From Macrostomum lignano (lineage: Eukaryota), in contig NIVC01000475.1 of the NCBI GenBank assembly GCA_002269645.1, positions 326,737 through 390,736 of the forward strand: a DNA stretch of 64,000 bases, written 5' to 3'. Position numbers and translations under genes: made by a program. The stretch's first letter is position 1; the number at the start of each line of letters is the position of its first letter. Shown here in pieces: positions 36,101 through 47,874 of this stretch. A model generated the notes under the pieces. The model was not told where the DNA came from. It saw only the letters and a list, made by a program, of their open reading frames with translations, and searched no databases.

Positions 36101-39100
36101 CAAGTTTGAGCCAAGTTTGAGACAGGTTTGAGACAGGTTTGAGTCAGGTTTAAGACAGGTTTGAGTCAGGTTTAGGACAGGTTTGAGTCAGGTTTGAGAC
36201 AGGTTTGAGCCAAGTTTGAGACAGGTTTGAGTCAGGTTTGAGTCAGGTTTGAGACAGGTTTGAGCCAAGTTTGAGACAGGTTTGAGTCAGGTTTGAGTCA
36301 GGTTTGAGTCAGGTTTGAGTCAAGTTTGAGACAGGTTTGAGTCAAGGTTTGAGCCAGGTTTGAGCCAAGTTTGAGCCAGGTTTGAGCCAAGTTTGAGACA
36401 CGTTTGAGCCATTTTTTTGCCAGATTTGAGCCACGTTTGAGCCAAGTTGGAGCCAAGTTTGAGACACGTTTGAGCCAATTTTTTTGCCAGGTTTGAGCCA
36501 AGTTTGAGCCAAGTTTGAGTCAGGTTTGAGACAGGTTTGAGCCAAGTTTGAGACAGGTTTGAGTCAGGTTTGAGTCAGGTTTGAGTCAGGTTTGAGACAG
36601 GTTTGAGCCAAGTTTGAGACAGGTTTGAGTCAGGTTTGAGCTAGGTTTGAGCCAAGTTTGAGCCAAGTTTGAGACACGTTTGAGCCAAGTTTGAGCCAGG
36701 TTTGAGCCAAGTTTGAGACACGTTTGAGTCAGGTTTGAGCCAAGTTTGAGACACGTTTGAGACAGGTTTGAGTCAGGTTTGAGTCAGGTTTGAGACAGGT
36801 TTGAGCCAAGTTTGAGACAGGTTTGAGTCAGGTTTGAGTCAGGTTTGAGTCAGGTTTGAGTCAAGTTTGAGACAGGTTTGAGTCAAGATTTGAGCCAGGT
36901 TTGAGCCAAGTTTGAGCCAGGTTTGAGCCAAGTTTGAGACACGTTTGAGCCATTTTTTTGCCAGATTTGAGCCAAGTTTGAGCCAAGTTTAAGCCAAGTT
37001 TGAGACACGTTTGAGAAAGGTTTGAGACAGGTTTGAGTCGGGTTTAAGACAGGTTTGAGTCAGGTTTAGGACAGGTTTGAGTCAGGTTTGAGACAGGTTT
37101 GAGCCAAGTTTGAGACAGGTTTGAGTCAGGTTTGAGTCAGGTTTGAGTCAGGTTTGAGACAGGTTTGAGCCAAGTTTGAGACAGGTTTGAGTCAGGTTTG
37201 AGCTAGGTTTAGGACAGGTTTGAGCCAAGTTTGAGACAGGTTTGAGTCAGGTTTGAGTCAGGTTTGAGACAGGTTTGAGTCAGGTTTGAGACAGGTTTGA
37301 GTCAGGTTTGAGCTAGGTTTGAGCCAAGTTTGAGCCAAGTTTGAGACACGTTTGAGCCAAGTTTGAGCCAGGTTTGAGTCAGGTTTGAGTCAGGTTTGAG
37401 ACAGGTTTGAGCCAAGTTTGAGACAGGTTTGAGTCAGGTTTGAGCTAGGTTTAGGACAGGTTTGAGCCAAGTTTGAGACAGGTTTGAGTCAGGTTTGAGT
37501 CAGGTTTGAGACAGGTTTGAGTCAGGTTTGAGTCAGATTTAGGACAGGTTTGAGACAAGTTTGAGACAAGTTTAAGCCAGGTTTGAGACAAGTTTGAGGC
37601 AAGTTTGAGACAGGTTTGAGACAGGTTTGAGTCAGGTTTGAGACAGGTTTGAGTCAGGTTTAGGACAGGTTTGAGTCAGGTTTGAGACAGGTTTGAGCCA
37701 AGTTTGAGACAGGTTTGAGTCAGGTTTGAGTCAGGTTTGAGTCAGGTTTGAGACAGGTTTGAGCCAAGTTTGAGACAGGTTTGAGTCAGGTTTGAGCTAG
37801 GTTTAGGACAGGTTTGAGCCAAGTTTGAGACAGGTTTGAGTCAGGTTTGAGTCAGGTTTGAGACAGGTTTGAGTCAGGTTTGAGCTAGGTTTGAGCCAAG
37901 TTTGAGCCAAGTTTGAGACACGTTTGAGCCAAGTTTGAGCCAGGTTTGAGCCAAGTTTGAGCCAAGTTTGAGCCAGGTTTGAGCCAAGTTTGAGACACGT
38001 TTGAGTCAGGTTTGAGTCAGGTTTGAGACAGGTTTGAGCCAAGTTTGAGACAGGTTTGAGTCAGGTTTGAGTCAGGTTTGAGTCAGGTTTGAGCCAAGTT
38101 TGAGTCAGGTTTGAGCCAGGTTTGAGCCAAATTTGAGCCAAGTTTGAGCCAAGTTTGAGACAGGTTTGAGTCAGGTTTAGGACACGTTTGAGTCAGGTTT
38201 GAGTCAGATTTAGGACAGTTTGAGACAAGTTTGATACAAGTTTAAGCCAGGTTTGAGACAAGTTTGAGGCAAGTTTGAGACAGGTTTGAGACAGGTTTGA
38301 GTCAGGTTTGAGACAGGTTTGAGTCAGGTTTAGGACAGGTTTGAGTCAGGTTTGAGCCAAGTTTGAGACAGGTTTGAGACACGTTTGAGCCAAGTTTGAG
38401 CCAGGTTTGAGCCAAGTTTGAGCCAAGTTTGAGCCAGGTTTGAGCCAAGTTTGAGCCAAGTTTGAGTCAGGTTTGAGACAGGTTTGAGCCAAGTTTGAGA
38501 CAGGTTTGAGTCAGGTTTGAGTCAGGTTTGAGTCAGGTTTGAGACAGGTTTGAGCCAAGTTTGAGACAGGTTTGAGTCAGGTTTGAGCTAGGTTTGAGCC
38601 AAGTTTGAGCCAAGTTTGAGACACGTTTGAGCCAAGTTTGAGCCAGGTTTGAGCCAAATTTGAGCTAAGTTTGAGCCAAGTTTGAGACACGTTTGAGCCA
38701 TTTTTTTTGCCAGGTTTGAGCCAAATTTGAGCTAAGTTTGAGCCAAGTTTGAGCCACGTTTGAGCCAGGTTTGAGCCAAATTTGAGCTAAGTTTGAGCCA
38801 AGTGTGAGACACGTTTGAGCCATTTTTTTTGCCAGGTTTGAGCCAAGTTTGAGCCAAGTTTGAGCCAAGTTTGAGACACGTTTGAGCCAAGTTTGAGCCA
38901 GGTTTGAGCCAAGTTTGAGCCAAGTTTGAGCCAGGTTTGAGCCAAGTTTGAGACACGTTTGAGTCAGGTTTGAGTCAGGTTTGAGACAGGTTTGAGTCAG
39001 GTTGTAGCCAAGTTTGAGCCAAGTTTGAGCCAGGTTTGAGCCAAGTTTGAGACACGTTTGAGTCAGGTTTGAGTCAGGTTTGAGACAGGTTTGAGTCAGG

Positions 39101-42100
39101 TTGTAGCCAAGTTTGAGCCAAGTTTGAGCCAGGTTTGAGCCAAGTTTGAGACAGGTTTGAGCCAAATTTGAGCTAAGTTTGAGCCAAGTTTGAGACACGT
39201 TTGAGCCATTTTTTTGCCAGGTTTGAGCCAAATTTGAGCTAAGTTTGAGCCAAGTTTGAGCCAAGTTTGAGCCAGGTTTGAGCCAAATTTGAGCTAAGTT
39301 TGAGCCAAGTTTGAGACACGTTTGAGCCATTTTTTTTGCCAGGTTTGAGCCAAGTTTGAGCCAAGTTTGAGCCAAGTTTGAGACACGTTTGAGCCAAGTT
39401 TGAGCCAGGTTTGAGCCAAGTTTGAGCCAAGTTTGAGCCAGGTTTGAGCCAAGTTTGAGACACGTTTGAGTCAGGTTTGAGTCAGGTTTGAGACAGGTTT
39501 GAGTCAGGTTGTAGCCAAGTTTGAGCCAAGTTTGAGCCAGGTTTGAGCCAAGTTTGAGACACGTTTGAGTCAGGTTTGAGTCAGGTTTGAGACAGGTTTG
39601 AGTCAGGTTGTAGCCAAGTTTGAGCCAAGTTTGAGCCAGGTTTGAGCCAAGTTTGAGACAGGTTTGAGCCAAATTTGAGCTAAGTTTGAGCCAAGTTTGA
39701 GACACGTTTGAGCCATTTTTTTGCCAGGTTTGAGCCAAATTTGAGCTAAGTTTGAGCCAAGTTTGAGCCAAGTTTGAGCCAGGTTTGAGCCAAATTTGAG
39801 CTAAGTTTGAGCCAAGTTTGAGACACGTTTGAGCCATTTTTTTTGCCAGGTTTGAGCCAAGTTTGAGCCAAGTTTGAGCCAAGTTTGAGACACGTTTGAG
39901 CCAAGTTTGAGCCAGGTTTGAGCCAAGTTTGAGCCAAGTTTGAGCCAGGTTTGAGCCAAGTTTGAGACACGTTTGAGTCAGGTTTGAGTCAGGTTTGAGA
40001 CAGGTTTGAGTCAGGTTGTAGCCAAGTTTGAGCCAAGTTTGAGCCAGGTTTGAGCCAAGTTTGAGACACGTTTGAGTCAGGTTTGAGTCAGGTTTGAGAC
40101 AGGTTTGAGTCAGGTTGTAGCCAAGTTTGAGCCAAGTTTGAGCCAGGTTTGAGCCAAGTTTGAGACACGTTTGAGTCAGGTTTGAGTCAGGTTTGAGACA
40201 GGTTTGAGTCAGGTTGTAGCCAAGTTTGAGCCAAGTTTGAGCCAGGTTTGAGCCAAGTTTGAGACAGGTTTGAGCCAAATTTGAGCTAAGTTTGAGCCAA
40301 GTTTGAGACACGTTTGAGCCATTTTTTTTGCCAGGTTTGAGCCAAATTTGAGCTAAGTTTGAGCCAAGTTTGAGCCAAGTTTGAGCCAGGTTTGAGCCAA
40401 ATTTGAGCTAAGTTTGAGCCAAGTTTGAGACACGTTTGAGCCATTTTTTTTGCCAGGTTTGAGCCAAGTTTGAGCCAAGTTTGAGCCAAGTTTGAGACAC
40501 GTTTGAGCCAAGTTTGAGCCAGGTTTGAGCCAAGTTTGAGCCAAGTTTGAGCCAGGTTTGAGCCAAGTTTGAGACACGTTTGAGTCAGGTTTGAGTCAGG
40601 TTTGAGACAGGTTTGAGTCAGGTTGTAGCCAAGTTTGAGCCAAGTTTGAGCCAGGTTTGAGCCAAGTTTGAGACACGTTTGAGTCAGGTTTGAGTCAGGT
40701 TTGAGACAGGTTTGAGTCAGGTTGTAGCCAAGTTTGAGCCAAGTTTGAGCCAGGTTTGAGCCAAGTTTGAGACAGGTTTGAGCCAAATTTGAGCTAAGTT
40801 TGAGCCAAGTTTGAGACACGTTTGAGCCATTTTTTTTGCCAGGTTTGAGCCAAATTTGAGCTAAGTTTGAGCCAAGTTTGAGCCAAGTTTGAGCCAGGTT
40901 TGAGCCAAATTTGAGCTAAGTTTGAGCCAAGTTTGAGACACGTTTGAGCCATTTTTTTTGCCAGGTTTGAGCCAAGTTTGAGCCAAGTTTGAGCCAAGTT
41001 TGAGACACGTTTGAGCCAAGTTTGAGCCAGGTTTGAGCCAAGTTTGAGCCAAGTTTGAGCCAGGTTTGAGCCAAGTTTGAGACACGTTTGAGTCAGGTTT
41101 GAGTCAGGTTTGAGACAGGTTTGAGTCAGGTTGTAGCCAAGTTTGAGCCAAGTTTGAGCCAGGTTTGAGCCAAGTTTGAGACACGTTTGAGTCAGGTTTG
41201 AGTCAGGTTTGAGACAGGTTTGAGTCAGGTTGTAGCCAAGTTTGAGCCAAGTTTGAGCCAGGTTTGAGCCAAGTTTGAGACACGTTTGAGTCAGGTTTGA
41301 GTCAGGTTTGAGACAGGTTTGAGTCAGGTTGTAGCCAAGTTTGAGCCAAGTTTGAGCCAGGTTTGAGCCAAGTTTGAGACAGGTTTGAGCCAAATTTGAG
41401 CTAAGTTTGAGCCAAGTTTGAGACACGTTTGAGCCATTTTTTTTGCCAGGTTTGAGCCAAATTTGAGCTAAGTTTGAGCCAAGTTTGAGCCAAGTTTGAG
41501 CCAGGTTTGAGCCAAATTTGAGCTAAGTTTGAGCCAAGTTTGAGACACGTTTGAGCCATTTTTTTTGCCAGGTTTGAGCCAAGTTTGAGCCAAGTTTGAG
41601 CCAAGTTTGAGACACGTTTGAGCCAAGTTTGAGCCAGGTTTGAGCCAAGTTTGAGCCAAGTTTGAGCCAGGTTTGAGCCAAGTTTGAGACACGTTTGAGT
41701 CAGGTTTGAGTCAGGTTTGAGACAGGTTTGAGTCAGGTTGTAGCCAAGTTTGAGCCAAGTTTGAGCCAGGTTTGAGCCAAGTTTGAGACACGTTTGAGTC
41801 AGGTTTGAGTCAGGTTTGAGACAGGTTTGAGTCAGGTTGTAGCCAAGTTTGAGCCAAGTTTGAGCCAGGTTTGAGCCAAGTTTGAGACACGTTTGAGTCA
41901 GGTTTGAGTCAGGTTTGAGACAGGTTTGAGTCAGGTTGTAGCCAAGTTTGAGCCAAGTTTGAGCCAGGTTTGAGCCAAGTTTGAGACACGTTTGAGTCAG
42001 GTTTGAGTCAGGTTTGAGACAGGTTTGAGTCAGGTTGTAGCCAAGTTTGAGCCAAGTCTCTTTCTGAATAATTCAAAATATAGTCTACAATCTTCGCTAT

Positions 42101-44703
42101 CTTCGTAAATTTCGCTATCGTGTCCTAATAGTGCAACTGTTTATGTCAAATTTATTGCGTCATGGTGATGCTAGAACGGGTCTGAAACTAATTGATCTTG
42201 TGTGGGAGAAGCGAAAGTCCTCACAGCTCAAGCCTCTGACAGGCGGCTCAACAGTCGCATCGGTCTTATTCAGCGAGTACATTGTCGGTTGAGGCGAGAA
42301 CGAGGTCTCTGACAGCCAATCGACCAGATTCGAGCTGGTCGCGAGTTCGACTTCGTCCAGGTAGAAAGCCAGCCGAGCAGGCGGGATGACGGCCTCCTTG
42401 GTGAAGCACTCGAATCTGTTGGCGCTGGAGTTGCTGCCGTCTGCCAGCAGGGGATCCCAGCTGACCAGCGCCAGGCTGCTCTGAGGCAGAATCTCTGCAG
42501 ATTGGTTTTATTTGTTTTACCAAAGTTTTACCAAATTACTACTAATAAGTAGAGTATTTCAGCTCTAAATACTAGGAATCTAGTGACCCCCTCCGGGGCG
42601 CTCAATAAGCAAGGAGCAAAAAATATTCGTGCAAATGCATTAAAAAAGCACATATTCTTAAGAATCAATTCCTTCTTCAGTTTTATAAATCACACTGGAG
42701 TTCAAAGAAGCAGTACTGGACTGCCCGAAAATGCATATTAGGAGTGATGAGAGTCGGGACATTTTTCCTAGCTTGCTTTTGCCAAGGACGACTTGAGTAG
42801 AAGGACGGGAAACCTCGTTTCTTAGAAAAACCTAGAAGGCAGGTTTTTCCGAAAAAAATACACTACGGAGATAGGAAGTTTTCATTTTTTCAGCACAAAA
42901 ATTGCTATTGCTTTTGATAGGAGGCAGATCCAGTGTTCATCTTTTGATATTTTGTGCCTTTCTTATTGCTCTATCGATATTCATAAGGCTTTTAGTTCAA
43001 AGAAGTAGGGTTCTATGTGAATTTTTTATTCTACGTAAAAAATTTTTCGGAAAAACCTGCCTTCTAAATTTTTCTTAGAAACGAGTTTTTCCATCCTTCT
43101 ACTCAAGTCGTCCTTGGCTTTTGCATTTAAGTTCTCTCAGGCGGAGCAAAGATCCTGCACTGAACACTGCGAATTGTTGCATCTACTGACTTCGCTTTCA
43201 CTCAACTGTTACGAGATGCTTACTTCCCTCACCTTCACCTATAGTCCCAAATTCTTACTTACTGTAATACTGCAGAAATATGCCATCCTCTTGTTCATCC
43301 ATCAGACTCTTGCAGAACCACGGCCCGATGTGAAGCGAATTGAAGCCGCCCACAATGCCAGCGGAGCAGGTGAGAGAGTTGCCGGACTCCCTGCAGGTCA
43401 GGTTCGAGCTCTGGTACTGTCCGTCATCAGTGGCGAATTTCATACTGGAGGGTGTGCAGCCGGCTGGCCCGCTGGCCGAGCTGAACTGGCAGTTGTTGGA
43501 GCTCCTCTGAGTCTGTGTGATGCGGAATGCGAGAGTTTGGGGCTGGCTTATTATATTCATGCACTTCATTAGCCGACAGAGTCATGCGTCGAAGCACTCT
43601 CTAAGATCAAGCTCGTAGGAGTGAGAGTCATGCATGGCCTGACTAACAACAACAACAACAATAGCAACAACAACAACAACAACAACAACAGCAACAACAA
43701 CAGCAACAACAACAACAACAACAACAACAACAGCAACAGCAACAAAAACAACAACAATCAGCGCCTTGCCAACAGCCACATCCGGCTCCCACCCTGGAAC
43801 TCGTTGGCCGACGCCAGAGTGCGCATGTTCACTAAGCTGCTGTTCGAGCCACTTGAAACCGACGCCGTCCAGGCGGTCCAAGCCACCACGACCGCGCGCT
43901 GCCCGAACGCCGCCACTTACTTCACCGACGGATACGTCTCGGGTGGCGTTGAAAACGGAGGTGCGGCCTGGATTCTCTTGAGCCAGGACGGCTCCATCAG
44001 CCAGAGCCGCGGTTGGCCGCGGGCCGCTGGTGCAGCTCCTTTGAGGCTGAACTTATCGCCATCTTCCAGGCGCTAAGCGACATAATTGCCAACCCCCCGA
44101 AAGAGGCTGCCATTCTCACCGACAGCCAGAGCGCCATCGCGGTTCTAAAATCCGATCGACCATCAACCAACCCGCTCGTGGAGAGCGTTAAGGAACGCCT
44201 TATCACCGCCGCCCGTCGTTCGAAGATCATCCTGCAGTGGGTGCCCGGGCACGCCGGAATCCCCGGAAACGAACTTGTGGATGCCGAGGCCAAACTAGCG
44301 GCCACGCTGCCTCAGGAACATGTCGGCATCACCCTGGATTCGGCGAGGGCCCGCATCCGACGGGCTGTTAACTACTCGCCCAACATGTCTATGGCCAAAA
44401 GATTACGATGCATGAGGGCCCGTGCAGACAACAGGTCCTGGTCTCGCAGGTCCGCGCCGGGCACTGTCCTGCATCGACCTACTACCGCAACCGCATCAGC
44501 ATTAAGGTCGGGGGCAACTGCCATCTCTGCGCGGAAGAGGTTGATCAGTACCACCCCCTCAACTGCCCGGCCCTGGACGTCCAACGCCGTACTCACGGCA
44601 TTACCGAAATGTGTCAACTCGCTCGTGCAGACGTAGTGGCGCTTCACCTAGGGGCCATCGGTTGGTGTCCCCTTTAGGAGAGGCTCACCGCATTCAACAA
44701 CAA

Positions 44704-44753
<50 letters not shown>

Positions 44754-47700
44754 GCAACAACAACAGCAACAACGACAACAACAACAATAACAACAACAAC
44801 AACAACAACAGCAACAACAAAAACAACAACAACAACAGCAATAACAACAGCAACAACAACAACAAGCCGATGGGACACAAGGTGTCCGAGTTTCCGGAGC
44901 TCTTCGACACCCGTTGAATTGGGTGCCTTCCCTCCGCGACGTAGACGCGGCGCCGGGTAGGAGCTGGAACCGTGGCTCCAGGCCGTCCGTAAAGGTCGAC
45001 GGGTAAACGGGTGCTCCAGTTTCCGGCCCGTCAGCCTTACGTCCATCTGCGTTAAACTCATGGAGCGGATGGTGCTGGACCGGCTGATGCACTGGCTCGA
45101 GACCAACGGCACTCTGCAGCCCTGCCAAGCGGGCTTTCAACGCGGCTGGAGCTGCGAGGAACAGATTGCCCGCCTCGTGCAAGAAATCCAGGGCGGATGG
45201 GAAGGCCCCACCTCAAGACTCTGGCAGTCACGCTCGATTGCTCTAGAGCGTTCGAGAGTGGCGAGCCAAGCTCCTGGCTCGTCTCATGGATGAAGGCCTG
45301 CCCGGCCGTATTATTCGCTGGTTTGCCAGCTTTCTGGAGGGGCGTCAAATCGCCGTGCGTGTCGGCGAGGCAGTCGGCAAGTGGCGCCCCTACGCGAAGG
45401 GGTGCCCCAGAGGGCCGTCAGCTCTCCCATCCTCTTCCTCCTGTACATTAACGCCTGGCGGGACAAACTGGTCCCCCAGGTTTGCTACGGAGGATTCGCT
45501 GATGACCTCGGCATTTGGACTACTGGTCGGAACACTAACGAGCTGGAATCTCGTATTCAGTCTGCGCTCAACCGCATCGAAGACTGGGCGGCCGACTTGA
45601 GAATCGATCTTAACCCCGCCAAATCTGAGTGCTGTCTCTATACGCGCGATCGGAGCGAGCGAAATCGCCCTCTGAACCTGTCAATCTCTGGCATTCGTCT
45701 CCCTACCAAGCGTGGAGTCCGCTACCTCGGCGTCTGGATAGACGACGGCCTGATCTTTAAGCGCCAGACGGACGAAGTTGTTTCGAAAATGCACCGCCGT
45801 TGCAGAATCCTCCGTGCCCTGGCTCACAGAGAGTGAGGCTGGGACTGCGACACCCTCCGCACTGTCTACAAGGCGGTTGTCGAGTCCGTCGCCTGGCATG
45901 CGGCTGCGGCTTGGATGCCATGGCTGCCCAAAACCAGGTTAGAGGAGTTAGACCGGGCCCAGCGGTAGGCATTGAGACTTATTACTGGATTGCCGAAGTC
46001 AACTCCCTGCGAGGCCGTCTACAAGGAAGCAAATTGCGACCCCATTGGTGTCGAGGCCAAGCGGAGAGCCCTCATCGCCGTTGAAAAAGCTAAAAGAAGA
46101 CCGACCAACGACCCTTGGCGCCAGATTTGCGAGCGCGAGGCCGACGTCCACCTCAAGGCCAACCGTGGACTCCGGGAGCAAGCGAACAGAATTTTGGCCA
46201 ATCTCCTTCCGTTCAAGAGGCTTCCGAACTCATGGATTCGAGCGCCCCCCTGGGAAGCGTTTAACGGTATGGAACGACTTCGCCTCTTTCCAGAACTCGT
46301 CAGCCCCTGCAGCAAGTCCGACGACATCCAGGTCAGGCGCGACCTTTTTCAGGAGACTCGCAGAGCGCGCCTCCCTGACACTTGCTACTAAACTGACGGA
46401 TCGGCCACTAGCGGCACCCAGCTTGGCGGTGCGGCCTGGATCCTGTATTGCAGCAGTCAGGACCAGATCATCCGTTCGGGGAGTGCAGCGGCCGGCAGAT
46501 GGTGCAGTTCCTTCGAAGCTGAGCTCCGTGCCCTCTCTATGGCCCTGGGTGACATCCTTACGGAGGGTCTGCCAAATGCTGCCATCCTAACCGACAGCCA
46601 GGCCGCTATTCGTGCCATCCAAGCCGACTGTCCGACTGTACCACCACCGACATCCTGCTCGAGGAGCTCAAGGGCCTCATTCGCAGTGCTACTCGGGTCA
46701 CAGCTATCACCATACAGTGGATCCCGGGGCACGTGGGCGTCGACGGCAATGAGCTGGCCGATTGGGAGGCAAAACGGGCCACGGGCCTGCCACAACAGCA
46801 CGTTCCGCTAGCGCTAGCCGCGTCCAAGAGTCTGCTGCGCAGGTCCGTCCGGTACCAGCCCGTCCTGGAGGGACACCTGAAAGATGTCTACTCGGGGAGC
46901 CTTACCTGCCACGACGGCCCCAGAAATCAGAAGGTCCTCGTCTCGCAAGTCCGTGCAGGCCACTGTCCGGCTTCGGCTTATTATAAGAAGCGCATCGGGA
47001 CGACCGACGAGGCCGCCTGTAGGCTGTGCGGGGACGAGGTGACCCAGTTCCATATCCTGATCTGTCCTGCCCTGGACTCGACTCGCCGCATGCACGGAGT
47101 GCAAAACCTCAGCGACCTGGCCGATGGTCACGCGGTGGCGCGGCTCCTGGGTGCCCTCGATTGGGTCCCCATCTGATGGAGCCGCATTCCACACACAACA
47201 ACAACAAAAACAACAACAACAACAACAACAACAACGACGACGACGACGACGACGACGACGACAATAATAGCAACAACAACAAAGACGCCTCCCAGAGTAG
47301 CAAAGTCCCGAGGTCAGGTTAGGGTTTGGGTGCAGCTATAAAAGACACATATTGGGGAATTGCTAAAATTCTGTTGCACAATGCTAATGTGGGAATTGCT
47401 GAGATATCAAGGATCATGGGGTATGAATTGTTGAAATGCTGTGGCTCATGGAGAGAATTTTTGTGATTTCAAGGCTCAGTGGGGGCAGTTAGTCACAGTT
47501 ACTAAAAGAAGCCGCACAATATTACAGATAAATATTATTCTCACAGGTGCTTCAACTGCCAAGACAGGATTCTCGTTCGAGCTACTTCGGATCCAACGAC
47601 AGGCGAACTGCCAACTCGAAGTGCTCTGCGACATTTCAATGGTGGTCGGGTTCGTGCCGGAGTTTCTGTGGTAAAATGCGCCGCTGATGAGAACCGACGG

Positions 47701-47874
47701 CTTGGCTGCCTCTGCGCCTGGTTTCGGTTTATTGGAGATGGAAATTACGGCAATCAATGAACTTTTAACGGTGTTTTTGTACATAAGTAAGCTTGATTCC
47801 AAGAGGTTTATCGTACCTGTCAGCATCAAGCAGCTCAGCAGTAGAAACATTCTCAAATCCGGAATATTAGTCAT
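19321..47874 (-). CDS. Predicted GPI-anchored protein with four Ig-like domains (two-domain module x2), 635 aa; exons 47874-47817, 47717-47545, 43512-43263, 42494-42225, 24024-23848, 22455-22289, 22075-21826, 21513-21190, 20472-20332, 19418-19321
   Basis: Ten exons sum to 1908 nt with compatible phases. Signal peptide MTNIPDLRMFLLLSCLMLTGAEA. Paralogous exon pairs: WQFACRW/WEFACRW; two 250-nt exons NC..CTPSS..LTC..GPWFC/GLWSC..LQYY; RFECFTK.A.IPP.RLAFYL x2; NQQLLASSR x2. The C-terminus DFSNRASTLRISSTTFGLAAWLTAVLMKFTLI has no cytoplasmic tail (GPI-signal-like). Confidence 0.85.
19612..20213. repeat. 31-bp minisatellite (gggtcactcagtctcrctagatctccgcctg) x ~19, intronic
   Basis: Directly visible. 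Confidence 0.95.
20487..21147. repeat. Compound tetranucleotide microsatellite (ACTG)n then (ACTA)n, filling intron 20473-21189
   Basis: Directly visible. Confidence 0.97.
22535..23090. repeat. 10-bp repeat (cactctccct)n
   Basis: Directly visible. Confidence 0.95.
23605..23830. repeat. 31-bp repeat (accctatctcactttctcttactccccgcta) x ~5 plus degenerate flank
   Basis: Directly visible. Confidence 0.85.
24041..42057. repeat. 18-kb satellite of 11-bp units (rGTTTGAGnCA; main variants ggtttgagtca, agtttgagcca, ggtttgagaca), ~1640 units with higher-order repeats; lies in intron 24025-42224
   Basis: Directly visible. The translation repeats every 11 aa (3 x 11 nt). Identical ORFs recur at offsets of 1310, 2224, 1630 and 507-607 bp. 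Confidence 0.98.
42783..43116. mobile_element. hAT-like MITE, 334 bp
   Basis: Long imperfect TIRs starting CAAGGACGACTTGAGTAGAAGGA (roughly 70 bp match). 8-bp target-site duplication GCTTTTGC at 42775-42782 and 43117-43124. CA..TG termini. Confidence 0.85.
43645..43757. repeat. (CAA)n microsatellite upstream of LINE copy 1
   Basis: Directly visible. Confidence 0.95.
43758..44865 (+). mobile_element. 5'-truncated, frameshifted non-LTR retrotransposon (I-group-like; RNase H + C-terminal Cys/His motif) with (CAA)n tail 44695-44865
   Basis: YFTDG, SSFEAELIAI, AILTDSQSAI, LQWVPGHAGIPGNELVDAEAK (RNase H). QVRAGHC..CHLC..HPLNCPAL. Stop at 44675-44677, then ccgcattc and the CAA tail. Confidence 0.9.
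44866..47282 (+). mobile_element. 5'-truncated, degraded non-LTR retrotransposon (RT + RNase H + Cys/His motif) with (CAA/GAC)n tail 47191-47282
   Basis: FRPVSLTSICVKLMERMV, QAGFQ, GVPQ..SPILFLLYIN, FADDLGIW, VRYLGVWID (LINE RT). TDSQAAI and GVDGNELADWEAK (RNase H). QVRAGHC..CRLC..HILICPAL. Multiple frameshifts and stops. Confidence 0.92.

Noticed and set aside
24273-41692. Dozens of minus-strand ORFs (up to 548 aa, TQTCLKPDSNL-type)
   Set aside because: They are stop-free translations of the 11-bp satellite, with no independent coding evidence.
24041-42057. Satellite as interstitial telomeric repeat
   Set aside because: The unit is 11 bp, and only a minority variant contains TTAGG. There are no TTAGGG runs.
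43621-44076. ORF fusing poly-Asn to the start of RNase H
   Set aside because: Chance read-through of (CAA)n into a truncated LINE that frameshifts shortly afterwards.
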